64,000 nucleotides of DNA from contig JBAYGS010000005.1 of NCBI GenBank assembly GCA_041666545.1, positions 18,842 through 82,841 of the forward strand. Direction: 5' to 3'. Below are positions 7,911 to 17,017 of this stretch, in pieces. Position 1 is the stretch's first letter. The number at the start of each line of letters is the position of its first letter. This DNA comes from Minisyncoccota bacterium. Lineage in GTDB: Bacteria > Patescibacteriota > Minisyncoccia > Phycocordibacterales > JBAYGS01. The notes below the pieces were generated by a model, which saw only the letters and a program-made list of their open reading frames with translations, made no database searches and was not told the origin of the DNA. The translations under genes and the position numbers were made by a program.

Positions 7911-9278
7911 CTAAAAATCTATTTCGGATCTTTGGTCGACTTCGGGATAAATTGCTTCCACATTTAGATAATCGTGAATCCTTTGAGCCAAGAACATACC
8001 TGCCTTCGGCTCACCCATTACCACAAAAACTTTCTTAAGTGACTCGGCCGTCTCGGCCACGAAATCCAAAAGATGTTCCGAATCTTTGTGTGAAGAAAAG
8101 CCATGAATCTCACGGATTTCCGCTCGCACCGCCACTTTCTCCCCCTCGATTTCCACCTCCTTTTCACCATTCTGCAATTTTCGCCCAAGAGTTCCGACCG
8201 ATTGGTAACCCGGGAGTAGAATCATACTATTCGAATCCGGCAAATAGTCTCTTTCATGCATCAAAACCCGCCCACCCATCGACATGCCGGAGCCGGCAAT
8301 CACCACCTTTGGCCCATCATGCCTTTTAATCGCCAAAGATTCTTGAGTTGTGTGGGCCAATTTCAGAAGCGGAAATTTGAAAATTTCATCACCCAGAGAA
8401 ATGGCCTTTTTTACATCATCATTAAAATTTTCCTGCGAATGGCGATAAACCTCGGTCACCCGAATAGCGAGCGGCGAATCTAAATAAACTGGCACCGGTT
8501 TTAGCTGACCACTTTCAACCATTTTGTTAATCTCATAAATCAAGACCTGGGTTCTTTCCATCGAGAAGGCCGGAATCACCAAGGTTCCTCCCCTTTTGAC
8601 GGTCACCTCAATCGCCTGCTTTAATTTGTTAACCCGTTCTTCCTGTGACTCATGATTACGATCGCCATAGACACTCTCCATTACCAAATAGTCAACACCC
8701 TTGAGCGGTTCGGTATCTTTAAGGAGTGGTGTCGGGGTATTACCCAAATCCCCGGTAAAAACAATTTTCTTGCCATTCTTGGTAAATTCGTACATCGCTG
8801 AACCGAGAATATGGCCCGAGTCTTTCGGGGTGACGCCCAGGCCGTCGCCAAGCTCTTTCGTTTCGTGATAATCAAAAGTCTGCCAAAGATTAAGGGCCTG
8901 GAGCATCTCCGCTTTGCCATAGAGTGGCAAAACGCCTTTCGCCCTCGCTTCTCGGTCCAAAAGATTAACCGTGTCCTCAAGCATCAGAGCCGTCAACTCT
9001 TTAGTTGGCGGCGTGCTAAGAATTTTCCCCCTAAAACCCTCTTTAATTAAAAAAGGAATCCGACCAATATGATCCAAGTGGGCATGGGTGACAAACAAAA
9101 TTTCAATCTCTTTGGGGTCATAATCAAACGGCTGACTATTCCGCGTATCTGAGTCAGGCGTACCTTGAAACATCCCGCAATCAATCAAAAATTTTCGTCC
9201 GCCAGTCTCCAAAAGAAAATTCGCCCCGGTCACTGTCCCCGTCCCGCCGTAGAAAGTAATCGCACTTTTATTAGACAT
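7911..9278 (-). CDS. Beta-CASP family metallo-beta-lactamase-fold ribonuclease (RNase J/CPSF-like)
   Basis: The HxHxDH motif is THAHLDHIG. An MBL domain is followed by beta-CASP and C-terminal RNA-metabolising MBL segments (455 aa). Confidence 0.75.
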   Translation of the reverse strand: MSNKSAITFYGGTGTVTGANFLLETGGRKFLIDCGMFQGTPDSDTRNSQPFDYDPKEIEILFVTHAHLDHIGRIPFLIKEGFRGKILSTPPTKELTALMLEDTVNLLDREARAKGVLPLYGKAEMLQALNLWQTFDYHETKELGDGLGVTPKDSGHILGSAMYEFTKNGKKIVFTGDLGNTPTPLLKDTEPLKGVDYLVMESVYGDRNHESQEERVNKLKQAIEVTVKRGGTLVIPAFSMERTQVLIYEINKMVESGQLKPVPVYLDSPLAIRVTEVYRHSQENFNDDVKKAISLGDEIFKFPLLKLAHTTQESLAIKRHDGPKVVIAGSGMSMGGRVLMHERDYLPDSNSMILLPGYQSVGTLGRKLQNGEKEVEIEGEKVAVRAEIREIHGFSSHKDSEHLLDFVAETAESLKKVFVVMGEPKAGMFLAQRIHDYLNVEAIYPEVDQRSEIDF

Positions 9279-9702
9279 TGTTTTGCTGATTAATTAACAA
9301 ATGATTGGTAAATCTAGAAACCAAATAGTAGCCGATAAACCCGCCCACAATATCCGAAACTAGGTCAAAAGTGGTATCCAAAATATAGCCTTCACCGCCG
9401 TAGGTTGCCCCCAATGCGTATTCATAAATTTCCCAGCCGACGGCAATCAGAAGCACACTACCGAGGACAATCGGCAACAAACGACTCAAGGTTGGCCTCC
9501 ACTTGGTATAACCGGAGTAATAAATAAACCAGATGGTGGCGCCAGATAGCCAAAAACCTCCCAAAAAATGGACGATGTTGTCATACCACCACAGTCGCCA
9601 GTAAAGAAACAAGTTAAGCGCCGAAAGATGTAAGGTTAAAACCAGCCAGATCAGGCTTAATAAAAAAAGCGCCAGTTTTTCGCGTTCTTTCATACTAGTC
9701 AT
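9271..9702 (-). CDS. Hypothetical small membrane protein (four predicted TM helices)
   Basis: 143-aa hydrophobic ORF. The family was not identified. Confidence 0.4.
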   Translation of the reverse strand: MTSMKEREKLALFLLSLIWLVLTLHLSALNLFLYWRLWWYDNIVHFLGGFWLSGATIWFIYYSGYTKWRPTLSRLLPIVLGSVLLIAVGWEIYEYALGATYGGEGYILDTTFDLVSDIVGGFIGYYLVSRFTNHLLINQQNNV

Positions 9703-9933
9703 TATACCAAATACAAACTGCGAGCCGAAGCTCGCAGTCTAAAGTGGGTTACCAAAGATTATTCCCTAGTAAAGCTAGGTGGGTGTCCTGTGGCAAAGAC
9801 CAAGGTAATTGCCAACTCCAGACTCCCTGAAAATTTATTTAGAGAGTTAATCTTCAGTAACCCAACTTATTATAACTCCGTGGGTGTCACGATAGAACAG
9901 TGGATAACAATTTAAAGCACGCGGCCAAGCAGA

Positions 9934-9970
9934 AGTATATAGTATTAGGTATATGGTATATGGTATGGAG
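9934..9970. repeat. GGTATA-rich repeat (AGTATATAGTATTAGGTATATGGTATATGGTATGG)
   Basis: Near-identical copies in inverse orientation at 11733-11775 and 20858-20896. Degenerate relatives at 22292-22325, 26463-26500, 37838-37880, 54366-54392 and 54505-54530. Confidence 0.6.
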
Positions 9971-10299
9971 AAGGGAGACCTTAAAACAAATTCAGAGATT
10001 TGTTCGGGTAAAGAAAAAACCGCATGAGCGGATGTTTAGAAAGTTTCTAATTTAGACAGCAACCACATCGCTGTGGTTGCTGTGTAAGTGGAGGATAGCA
10101 CTGCACAAGGTTAAGTTTAAGTGGGCTTCGCAAAGACAAACATTTGAAGATCCGGAGACGCTCAGCTGTTTGCTTTAGTTTGAATCCCTAAAAATTTTTT
10201 AATATATCTTGGCAGTTAACCATCCTCTTCCCATTATAGCATAAAAAACGATTTGTCAACACTAAAAGTTGATAAACCGGTGTATAAGCTGTGCACAAA

Positions 10300-10340
10300 A
10301 AGTGGATAAAGCCGGTTACGGCTTTATCCACTTTTTATTC
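10300..10340. terminator. Bidirectional rho-independent terminator (perfect 13-bp stem GTGGATAAAGCCG/CGGCTTTATCCAC with T-runs on both sides); it terminates ndk on the minus strand
   Basis: The hairpin is flanked by TTTTTATT on the plus strand and TTTTTGTG on the minus strand. Confidence 0.6.
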
Positions 10341-10378
10341 GTGTCATTCGTCTCCATTCGTGTATTTGTGTCGTGTTC
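10332..10378. repeat. Stop-codon-abutting repeat TTCGTGTCATTCGTCTCcATTCGTGTATTTGTGTCGTGT
   Basis: Four copies, all in one orientation and each ending at the stop codon of a minus-strand gene: 10332-10378 (ndk), 14655-14700, 19294-19335 (rplO) and 23436-23478 (rplN). Confidence 0.6.
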
Positions 10379-10985
10379 ACTCCAAGATTCCCTCCAAATT
10401 AGCATCGTAAAGAATCTGCTCTTGAACCAATTTGTAGTCAATAAGCTCATCTTTTTTAAACCAGTGCATGATTTCATTTTCCGCTTCCTTAACCGAGCCG
10501 GCCGAGTGGACCAAATTGCGGACCGCCCGAACATCATCATCGGACATTTTGTAAGAATCTAAAACAAAATCCCCCCGAATCGTTCCAACATCGGAGGTCA
10601 AAGGTTCGGTCCCGCCGGTAATCTTGCGCACAATTGCAACCGCATGAGCCCCTTGCCAGACCATCGCAATCACCGGGCCGGAAGAAAGATATTTTTTGAG
10701 CTTGGCTAAAATCATCTCCGTCACTTTGAAAGGATTGCCCTCGAAAGGGTGCTTCATCCCCTTGTCCTGGTAGGCTTTAATATTTTTCTCGCCGGTAAGT
10801 CTTCGCCACTCCGGATCAAGAGTATAATGTTTCTCGACAAACTCCGGACTAACCGTCATCATTTTTAGGGCTACCATCTTAAGCCCGGACCTTTCATAAC
10901 GTTTAATAATCTCGCCGATTAGAGTCCGCTGAATACCATCCGGCTTGATAACCACTAGAGTTCTTTCGTTTTTGGGATGAGGCAT
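10377..10985 (-). CDS. ndk: Nucleoside diphosphate kinase, long form (about 200 aa)
   Basis: ERTLVVIKPDGIQRTLIGEIIKRYERSGLKMVALKMM is the canonical NDK N-terminus. Confidence 0.85.
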   Translation of the reverse strand: MPHPKNERTLVVIKPDGIQRTLIGEIIKRYERSGLKMVALKMMTVSPEFVEKHYTLDPEWRRLTGEKNIKAYQDKGMKHPFEGNPFKVTEMILAKLKKYLSSGPVIAMVWQGAHAVAIVRKITGGTEPLTSDVGTIRGDFVLDSYKMSDDDVRAVRNLVHSAGSVKEAENEIMHWFKKDELIDYKLVQEQILYDANLEGILE

Positions 10986-11122
10986 AAGTTAGTGAGTAGT
11001 TAGTAGTAAGTAGTCAGTAGAAACGACATGAAGACATTCTAGCTCAAAATCTACCTCAGGACGAGGGATTGACATCTGATACCTAGTATGTTAGGGTGAC
11101 CAAAGAGAAAGGATAGAATACT

Positions 11123-11680
11123 ATGAATGTTCCTGCAAAAATCAACTTGGCAATGCAGTTGGTAATGACAGCTTTTGCCGAGAAAATCCGGACCGGCCGG
11201 ATGTCGATTCCCGCTTCAACCCATTCGCTCCGAGTCGGGCTTTCCCTAATCACCTACGCTTGCCCCATTGAGGTAGTACTTGCCGGCTTCTGCCATGACC
11301 TACTCGAGGACACTGCGGTCACTGCCGTCGAGATTCACCGACTGTTTGGCGAGCGAGTTTTGGCTCTCACCCAGGCCTGCACCCTCGACCCCGTCCTTGG
11401 AGACACAGAGAGTGGCGAAGACGAGCTTCTCGTTCGGGTTGTAATGTGCGCGAGAAACGGCGACCTTGACCCTCTGAAAATCAAGACTGCCGACCGCCTC
11501 GACAATCTGCGAACCAATTACACCCTAAAACCGGCCTCACAGCTCAAGTCTTATGAGAGGAGCCAGAGGTGGTTAAAGGCCGCTCAGCAGTACCTCAGCA
11601 ACGATGATTTAATCGGAGACTTGAAATCGGTCATGGATTGGGAAACACGACGGCTTACTGTCGCCGGCGTCTTCGAATAG
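11123..11680 (+). CDS. Standalone HD-domain protein resembling the (p)ppGpp hydrolase domain of RelA/SpoT (small alarmone hydrolase-like)
   Basis: HDLLEDT and KTADRLDNLRTN match the HDxxED and KLADRLHNMRT motifs of the SpoT hydrolase domain. The protein is 185 aa. Confidence 0.6.
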   Translation: MNVPAKINLAMQLVMTAFAEKIRTGRMSIPASTHSLRVGLSLITYACPIEVVLAGFCHDLLEDTAVTAVEIHRLFGERVLALTQACTLDPVLGDTESGEDELLVRVVMCARNGDLDPLKIKTADRLDNLRTNYTLKPASQLKSYERSQRWLKAAQQYLSNDDLIGDLKSVMDWETRRLTVAGVFE

Positions 11681-11689
11681 GAATCGTTT

Positions 11690-11730
11690 CAGCACAAACC
11701 GGCGCGCCGCGCGCCGGTTTTTTTAATTCT
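11690..11730. terminator. Bidirectional terminator between two convergent genes (AACCGGCGCGCCGCGCGCCGGTTTTTTT)
   Basis: GC-rich perfect hairpin with flanking T/A runs. Confidence 0.65.
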
Positions 11731-11761
11731 TTTCCCTATACCATATACCCTATACCTAATA

Positions 11762-14500
11762 CTATATACTTCCCTTCTGGTATTTCTTCATAATCTCCGC
11801 TTCCACCTCGGCCCGGTCTTTGCCGTGAGTGAGATAAGAAAGCTCCTTCAATTTTTCCACTTTAGCCAAATCGCCTCTAGCCGGTGGCAAAGTCTCGATG
11901 CTAAAAGGTTTGACGGCCTTCCCGTTTACCAAGAGTTTCAAATAGGCATTGCGGTTGTCCAAATTCATAATGTCGCGAGCCGTAAAAACTGGAGCAAACT
12001 GTTTTTCCAGATACTCGGCATCATCGGCCCCAACCCGAAAGGCAGCAATTGAACCGACGTTACCGAAGACGGCATCTTGAATCTTTTCATCAAGTTGAGC
12101 GATAAACTGATGAGCAATATTTAGGCCAAGTTTGTATTTGCGCGCCTCGGAGAGAATAGTGGCAATCGAATCGGTGGTAATATTCTGAAATTCGTCGATG
12201 TAGAGATAGAAAGGCGGTAAATCTTGACCAAACGAATCTGAACGAGACAAGGCGGCCATTAAGATCTTGCCAACCAAAATGAGGCCGATCAAGTTGGCAT
12301 TGATGTCGCCGAGCCTACCCTTTGAAAGATTGACCAGCATAATCTTTTTCTTATCCATGATTTCCCGGAAATTAAAGGAGGATTTCTCCTGAGCAATCAC
12401 CGGGCGCATGATTTCGTTAGACAAAAAGACATCAAATTTGCTCGTGATGTAAGGCACGATGTTGGCAAGCGAGGCCTCCCCGCCGGCCTTATCGGCAATC
12501 TCGCGCCAGAATTGGACGACAATCGGATTTTTGCAACGGGAAAGTTTCAGCTCACGAAAAGCTTTGTTGGAAAGCACACGCGAAACATCAAGCAAAGTAT
12601 TCCCCGTCTCCGGATCTTCAATGACGAGCATCGTGGCATTTCTAAAATACTGCTCGAACATCGGACCACCGGCCGTTTTCATATCAAACAGCTTATTGAA
12701 AATCGACATCATCTCGTTGACTACAAAAGTTTTTTGCTCCGGAAAGCGGGTATCATATTCAAGCATGTTCAAAGCAATCGGCCTCGCGGTATAGGCCGGA
12801 TCGAAATAGATGACATCTTCGTATCTGTTTGGCGGGACCGTTGCCAGAATATCCTGAATATCAGAGCCGTGCGGGTCAATCACGCAAACACCCTCTCCGT
12901 TTAGAATATCCTGCACCGCCATATTCTTGAGCAAAGTCGATTTACCGGTACCGGTTTGGCCGATAGTGTAGAAATGGCGCAGACGGTCCTCCTTGGCCAT
13001 GAAAACTTTGGTCTCAGCTCCGCGGTGGCGATTAACCCCGATAATCGTGCCGGTTTGAGAAAGCTCGAGTGGTGCCGGAGCTGTGCCAGCCTTAGTCTGT
13101 TTGAGTTGAGGCGAGGCCTTACCACTCGTCGTCGGCAAATGGATGAGAGTAGTAAGCTCTTTTAAGTTGAGAGGCATAATCTGATCTTCGGTAAAAACTC
13201 GGAAGGCGAAATTCCTAAGCAACAATTTCTGAATCGAGCCTTTTTTCTCGATAAACTGGATTTTATTGCCGTGAGTATCTTCCAACTGATTGAAGGCTGA
13301 CTCCAGGTGAGACAAAATTTCTCGGGCCCGCAAAACCGTATCCGCCGAAACAACAATGCGGATAACCACTTCCGCGATTGTACTGCTAGTTTTGGCCGTG
13401 ATGTTGTCGACGGCTTGTTTATCAATTATCGGTGGCGTGCCATCATCTTTTTTCTTCGGCTTCTCCACACCTTTGAAAAATTCAACGAAATGTGTCCCAA
13501 GGCCTTTTGAGCCGACTACCGCCTCACTGACTTTCACCCCTTCTTGAATCTTGGCAATGGCCCGTTTATAGCGCTTAATGTAAAAATCATCAGACGACCT
13601 GATTAAAAACTGGACGGCCGCACCCTCACCACTTTTTCTAATCTTGGAGAAGGCATTTAAAAGAATGTTGAGAGGATCGTAATCAAAATTCTCATAGGTC
13701 TTGAGAGAAAAGGCCGATTCTTTGACCAAATCCGCGTAGGCACCAATCGCCACCCCTTTTTCATTAAAAATATTGTAGTCATCATGCTTCTCGCTGATTT
13801 TGGCATCAGGAAAAACTGAAAGCACTTGTTTTTCAAACAAATCGGCTTTGCTAATCGGCACCGCCGCGTAAATCACTGACTCTTCGCTCTCATTGGAATT
13901 CGCAATTTCAAAAGAAAAGTAATTTTTGTCGGAATCGCCGTCGTTCGTGATTGCCAAAAGTCCGGAGTAAAGTTGCTCCATGCTGGAAATCTGCTCTTTT
14001 AGATTTTTCTTGCCATCCTCGGTGCTGGCCTCAGGTAAAAGAATCTCAAAAAGGGTCAGGTGAAGTGGTCGCCAAAGTGCGCTTTTGGGTTCGAAACCGG
14101 CAATCGGATAACCTGCACGGAGGTACTCGGAAATAAAACGATGAAAGTCGTCTTCGAGGTGGAGATTATCGAGCTTGTCCAAAATCGTGAGCGCATTCTT
14201 CAATCCTTTCTCTTGCAAAATACCCAACAATTCTTCGATTTTCCGATCGTGAGCTTCGGGGGAAAGTTTGAGCACAATCGCCTCGGCCGCTTCAGTGGAA
14301 ATTACCCTTTCCGGTGCAATTACCGCCGTAGCCGGCATTTCTTGGTAAGCACGGATAACTTCTTTTTCTGTCTCCAGCCGCTCAACGGAAGAGGCCTTGG
14401 CCAAACTCTCTTTTTTGGCCAACTCACTGCGCAAAAAGGCAATCTCTTCATGAGGTGAAGAAAAAGGTTTTTCCGGAGATGACAAAAGGCTCTCGGCCAT
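11762..14500 (-). CDS. Large P-loop ATPase of the FtsK/HerA superfamily with a VirB4/VirD4(TraG)-like C-terminal motor domain and a roughly 480-aa N-terminal region of unknown function
   Basis: Walker A HFYTIGQTGTGKSTLL and Walker B LYIDEFQN. A downstream RKYKLGLNIAHQFIAQL...GSIAAFRVGADDAEYL block is typical of type IV secretion and conjugation coupling ATPases. The protein is 912 aa. Confidence 0.6.
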   Translation of the reverse strand: MAESLLSSPEKPFSSPHEEIAFLRSELAKKESLAKASSVERLETEKEVIRAYQEMPATAVIAPERVISTEAAEAIVLKLSPEAHDRKIEELLGILQEKGLKNALTILDKLDNLHLEDDFHRFISEYLRAGYPIAGFEPKSALWRPLHLTLFEILLPEASTEDGKKNLKEQISSMEQLYSGLLAITNDGDSDKNYFSFEIANSNESEESVIYAAVPISKADLFEKQVLSVFPDAKISEKHDDYNIFNEKGVAIGAYADLVKESAFSLKTYENFDYDPLNILLNAFSKIRKSGEGAAVQFLIRSSDDFYIKRYKRAIAKIQEGVKVSEAVVGSKGLGTHFVEFFKGVEKPKKKDDGTPPIIDKQAVDNITAKTSSTIAEVVIRIVVSADTVLRAREILSHLESAFNQLEDTHGNKIQFIEKKGSIQKLLLRNFAFRVFTEDQIMPLNLKELTTLIHLPTTSGKASPQLKQTKAGTAPAPLELSQTGTIIGVNRHRGAETKVFMAKEDRLRHFYTIGQTGTGKSTLLKNMAVQDILNGEGVCVIDPHGSDIQDILATVPPNRYEDVIYFDPAYTARPIALNMLEYDTRFPEQKTFVVNEMMSIFNKLFDMKTAGGPMFEQYFRNATMLVIEDPETGNTLLDVSRVLSNKAFRELKLSRCKNPIVVQFWREIADKAGGEASLANIVPYITSKFDVFLSNEIMRPVIAQEKSSFNFREIMDKKKIMLVNLSKGRLGDINANLIGLILVGKILMAALSRSDSFGQDLPPFYLYIDEFQNITTDSIATILSEARKYKLGLNIAHQFIAQLDEKIQDAVFGNVGSIAAFRVGADDAEYLEKQFAPVFTARDIMNLDNRNAYLKLLVNGKAVKPFSIETLPPARGDLAKVEKLKELSYLTHGKDRAEVEAEIMKKYQKGSI

Positions 14501-14536
14501 AACAAAATTATACCGCGTCTTGGCGCGGATTCAAAA

Positions 14537-14652
14537 GTTGTTAAGAACCTTTACGAATAAGGCACACGAATAAAGTACGCGAATAGCGAAACCACGAATA
14601 CGCACACACGAATAAAAAGACAGTTGAGAACCCTTACGAATAGGTCGTGCGG
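14537..14652. repeat. Two inverted copies of the TTATTCGTGTGCCCTATTCGTAAGGGTTCTCAACT family flanking a phased array of five ACGAATA motifs at about 11-nt spacing
   Basis: acgaataaggc acacgaataaag tacgcgaatagcg aaaccacgaatacgc acacacgaataaaaag. Copy 1 spans 14537-14575 and copy 2 spans 14621-14652. Confidence 0.55.
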
Positions 14653-14711
14653 ATATTCGCGTCATTCGTCTCAATTCGTGTATTTGTGTCGTGTGCCGAA
14701 GTATTAAATAC

Positions 14712-14981
14712 CTAAGGAGTAATGACTTGTTCGTAGTCAGCAATCAATGACTTAACTTGATCTTTCAGTTCTTGATCGGCCTCATCAGTCAGTCTCTCCG
14801 CTCTGGCTTTCGCCTCCGTGAGCATAATCCGAGCTTTAGAAAAATCATCCAGTGAACGGCCTTCAGCAATCGCTTCAGAAATAGCAGCAAAAATCTCCCC
14901 AAATTCAGCTTTGGTCTCCAAACCTTCAGGTTTTACTAAATCGTCAAATCTTTCCATGGGATTATTTTTTAAATCTGCCAA
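14712..14981 (-). CDS. Hypothetical small acidic helical protein overlapping the hicA 3' end
   Basis: 89-aa ORF. An internal Met at 14957 avoids most of the overlap. No family was recognised. Confidence 0.3.
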   Translation of the reverse strand: MADLKNNPMERFDDLVKPEGLETKAEFGEIFAAISEAIAEGRSLDDFSKARIMLTEAKARAERLTDEADQELKDQVKSLIADYEQVITP

Positions 14982-15159
14982 TTTCCAGCCCTAAATCTTT
15001 GCAGATTTTAGAAACTAGAAAATCATTTATTTCTCGATGTCTCGGAACGGTCGAAATCTTATTATTATCCAAGTTTCTAAAGACTGAATGCTTTTTGCCT
15101 TCGCGGACCAAATGGCAATGGCCTTGACGCAAGTACAAAATTAAATCGCGCCGCTTCAT
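14962..15159 (-). CDS. hicA: HicA-family mRNA interferase toxin
   Basis: MKRRDLILYLRQGHCHLVREGKKHSVFRN...TVPRHREINDFLVSKICKDLGL matches the HicA/YcfA-like consensus. Confidence 0.75.
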   Translation of the reverse strand: MKRRDLILYLRQGHCHLVREGKKHSVFRNLDNNKISTVPRHREINDFLVSKICKDLGLEIGRFKK

Positions 15160-15162
15160 TAC

Positions 15163-15387
15163 CTAGCGAGCAAGACTGACAGAGAACAGCTCTCGTGAAA
15201 AACCTCTCGACTTTGATGAAATAATTTTTCTATTTTCAGCCAAAACTAAAAGTGCCGCTTCTTTCAGATTTTCCAAAGCTTCTTTTTTGGTTCGGCCCTG
15301 AGTATTGATGCCCGGGATTTCTTCCACCCATGCAACCACCCACTTACCGCTTTTTTTATAAACAGCTGTAAATTCTCTGTTTGTCAT
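15163..15387 (-). CDS. hicB: HicB-family antitoxin (UPF0150 N-terminal domain only)
   Basis: FTAVYKKSGKWVVAWVEEIPGINTQGRTKKEALENLKEAALLVL matches the HicB N-terminal fold. It is 4 nt upstream of hicA. Confidence 0.7.
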   Translation of the reverse strand: MTNREFTAVYKKSGKWVVAWVEEIPGINTQGRTKKEALENLKEAALLVLAENRKIISSKSRGFSRELFSVSLAR

Positions 15388-15449
15388 GAACAGATGATAT
15401 CAAAAATAAAGCTTTCAATCAAACCGGAATTAGCCGGTTTTGAAGAAGC

Positions 15450-16220
15450 CTATGAAGTCAAAATCTCCGGGCCGTTTTCGGTAATTACCACCGTGTGTTC
15501 AAAGTGAGCGCTCCGCGAGCCGTCAGCAGTTTTGTAGGTATAGCCGTCACGACCAAGCATCACTTCGGCCGTTCCTTCATTCAACATCGGCTCAATCGCA
15601 ATCACGAGACCGGGACGCATAATTGGACCCTGGGCCTGCATCTTAAAGTTCGGCACATAAGGATCTTCGTGGACCTGATAACCGACACCGTGACCGGAAA
15701 GAGTCTCGACAATGCCAAAATGCTTACCTTTCACAAATTTTTCAATCGCGGTACCAATTTCCCCGACTCGCTTGCCTGATTGCGCCGCCGCGATACCGAT
15801 ACTCAAGGCCTGTTCGGTAGTTTTTAACAACCTCTTAGCCGCCGGATCAACTTCTCCTACCGGCACCGTAATCGCCATATCAGTAAAAAGTCCTTTATGT
15901 TTAAGACCGGCATCCAAGCTCACAATATCCCCATCTTCAAGACTTCGGTCTCTTTCATTTGGAATACCATGAACAACTTCGTCATTTACGGAGACACAAA
16001 GAGAAGCCGGGTAAGGTCGACTCGCGCCCCACGGCTGGTAGTTTAGGAAAGCCGGTGAATCACCGTTTTGAACCATCAGTTTGTGAGCAAAGGTGTTTAA
16101 ATCTTTGACTTTGACTCCTGGAGCTACCTGCTTGGCAGTTTCGTGCAGGATAAAAGCCAGGCGCTTCCCACCCTCCCGCAAAATCGCAATTTCAGCCTCG
16201 GTTTTAATCTTAATTCTCAA
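15450..16220 (-). CDS. map: Methionine aminopeptidase type I
   Basis: 256 aa, canonical in sequence and position (secY-adk-map). Confidence 0.9.
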   Translation of the reverse strand: MRIKIKTEAEIAILREGGKRLAFILHETAKQVAPGVKVKDLNTFAHKLMVQNGDSPAFLNYQPWGASRPYPASLCVSVNDEVVHGIPNERDRSLEDGDIVSLDAGLKHKGLFTDMAITVPVGEVDPAAKRLLKTTEQALSIGIAAAQSGKRVGEIGTAIEKFVKGKHFGIVETLSGHGVGYQVHEDPYVPNFKMQAQGPIMRPGLVIAIEPMLNEGTAEVMLGRDGYTYKTADGSRSAHFEHTVVITENGPEILTS

Positions 16221-16229
16221 ATTTTTGAG

Positions 16230-16820
16230 TTAAACTTTTAAGTCAAGCCTATTTACTATCTCCGCCTGAACATCTGCGATCGTCTGCTCGCCATTAATAT
16301 CCAAAAAATTATAGTCTTGGTGACTTTGATAATATTTAACTACCGGCATCACTTCACTTTCAAACCAATCCAAACGAGCTTTGATATCATCGGCATTATC
16401 ATCGATTCTTTTCCTCGCCAAAAGGCGATCTTCGGCCCACTTTCGAGAAACATTGATATAAATCACATAGGGTTTGACCCTTTTATAGAAACCGAAAATC
16501 GAATGAAGTGCGCCAGCCTCATGAAGTCGGCGCGGGGTGCCATCAATCAGCAAGTGTTCGGTGTTTTTAAATTTGGTCGAAAGAATCTTGGCCCACATAT
16601 AGACCGAGAGAAATTCCGGCTGTAAACCGCCATCGTCATAAATCTGCTTGGAAATTTTTTGAGTCGTGGTATCCCCCTTAATAAATTCCCGAAATTCGGC
16701 CCCACTCTCCAAATGAAAAACTTCCGTTTCCGGATTTTGTTTTTTTAAATATTCGCCAAGCAATTCGACTTGAGTACCTTTGCCACAGCCGGAACGGCCG
16801 ATGAAGATGAAGGAATGCAT
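16230..16820 (-). CDS. adk: Adenylate kinase-like nucleoside monophosphate kinase
   Basis: P-loop GRSGCGKGTQ corresponds to GPPGAGKGTQ. It sits in the secY-adk-map position. Confidence 0.75.
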   Translation of the reverse strand: MHSFIFIGRSGCGKGTQVELLGEYLKKQNPETEVFHLESGAEFREFIKGDTTTQKISKQIYDDGGLQPEFLSVYMWAKILSTKFKNTEHLLIDGTPRRLHEAGALHSIFGFYKRVKPYVIYINVSRKWAEDRLLARKRIDDNADDIKARLDWFESEVMPVVKYYQSHQDYNFLDINGEQTIADVQAEIVNRLDLKV

Positions 16821-17017
16821 GAATTAGTTTGTAGTTAGCAGTGGGTAGTGAGTAGTTAATGGAGACATAATAACAAGAAACTGGAGACTTAAATAGGACT
16901 TGACTTTTTGCCGATATTATGATACACTCAAAGGCAGTAAAGTCCTTTAGCATTTTAGTGCACAGAAACTCAACAACCTACCCGCCAAGCGGGTTACAGA
17001 AATCGGAGGAAATCAAT

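Noticed and set aside
9893-10332. Three DnaA-box-like 9-mers (AGTGGATAA twice, TTATCCACT once) plus an AT-rich stretch. Possible oriC.
   Set aside because: Two of the boxes are simply the two arms of the ndk terminator hairpin. No dnaA/dnaN is nearby, and I cannot compute GC skew by eye. A terminator is the simpler reading.
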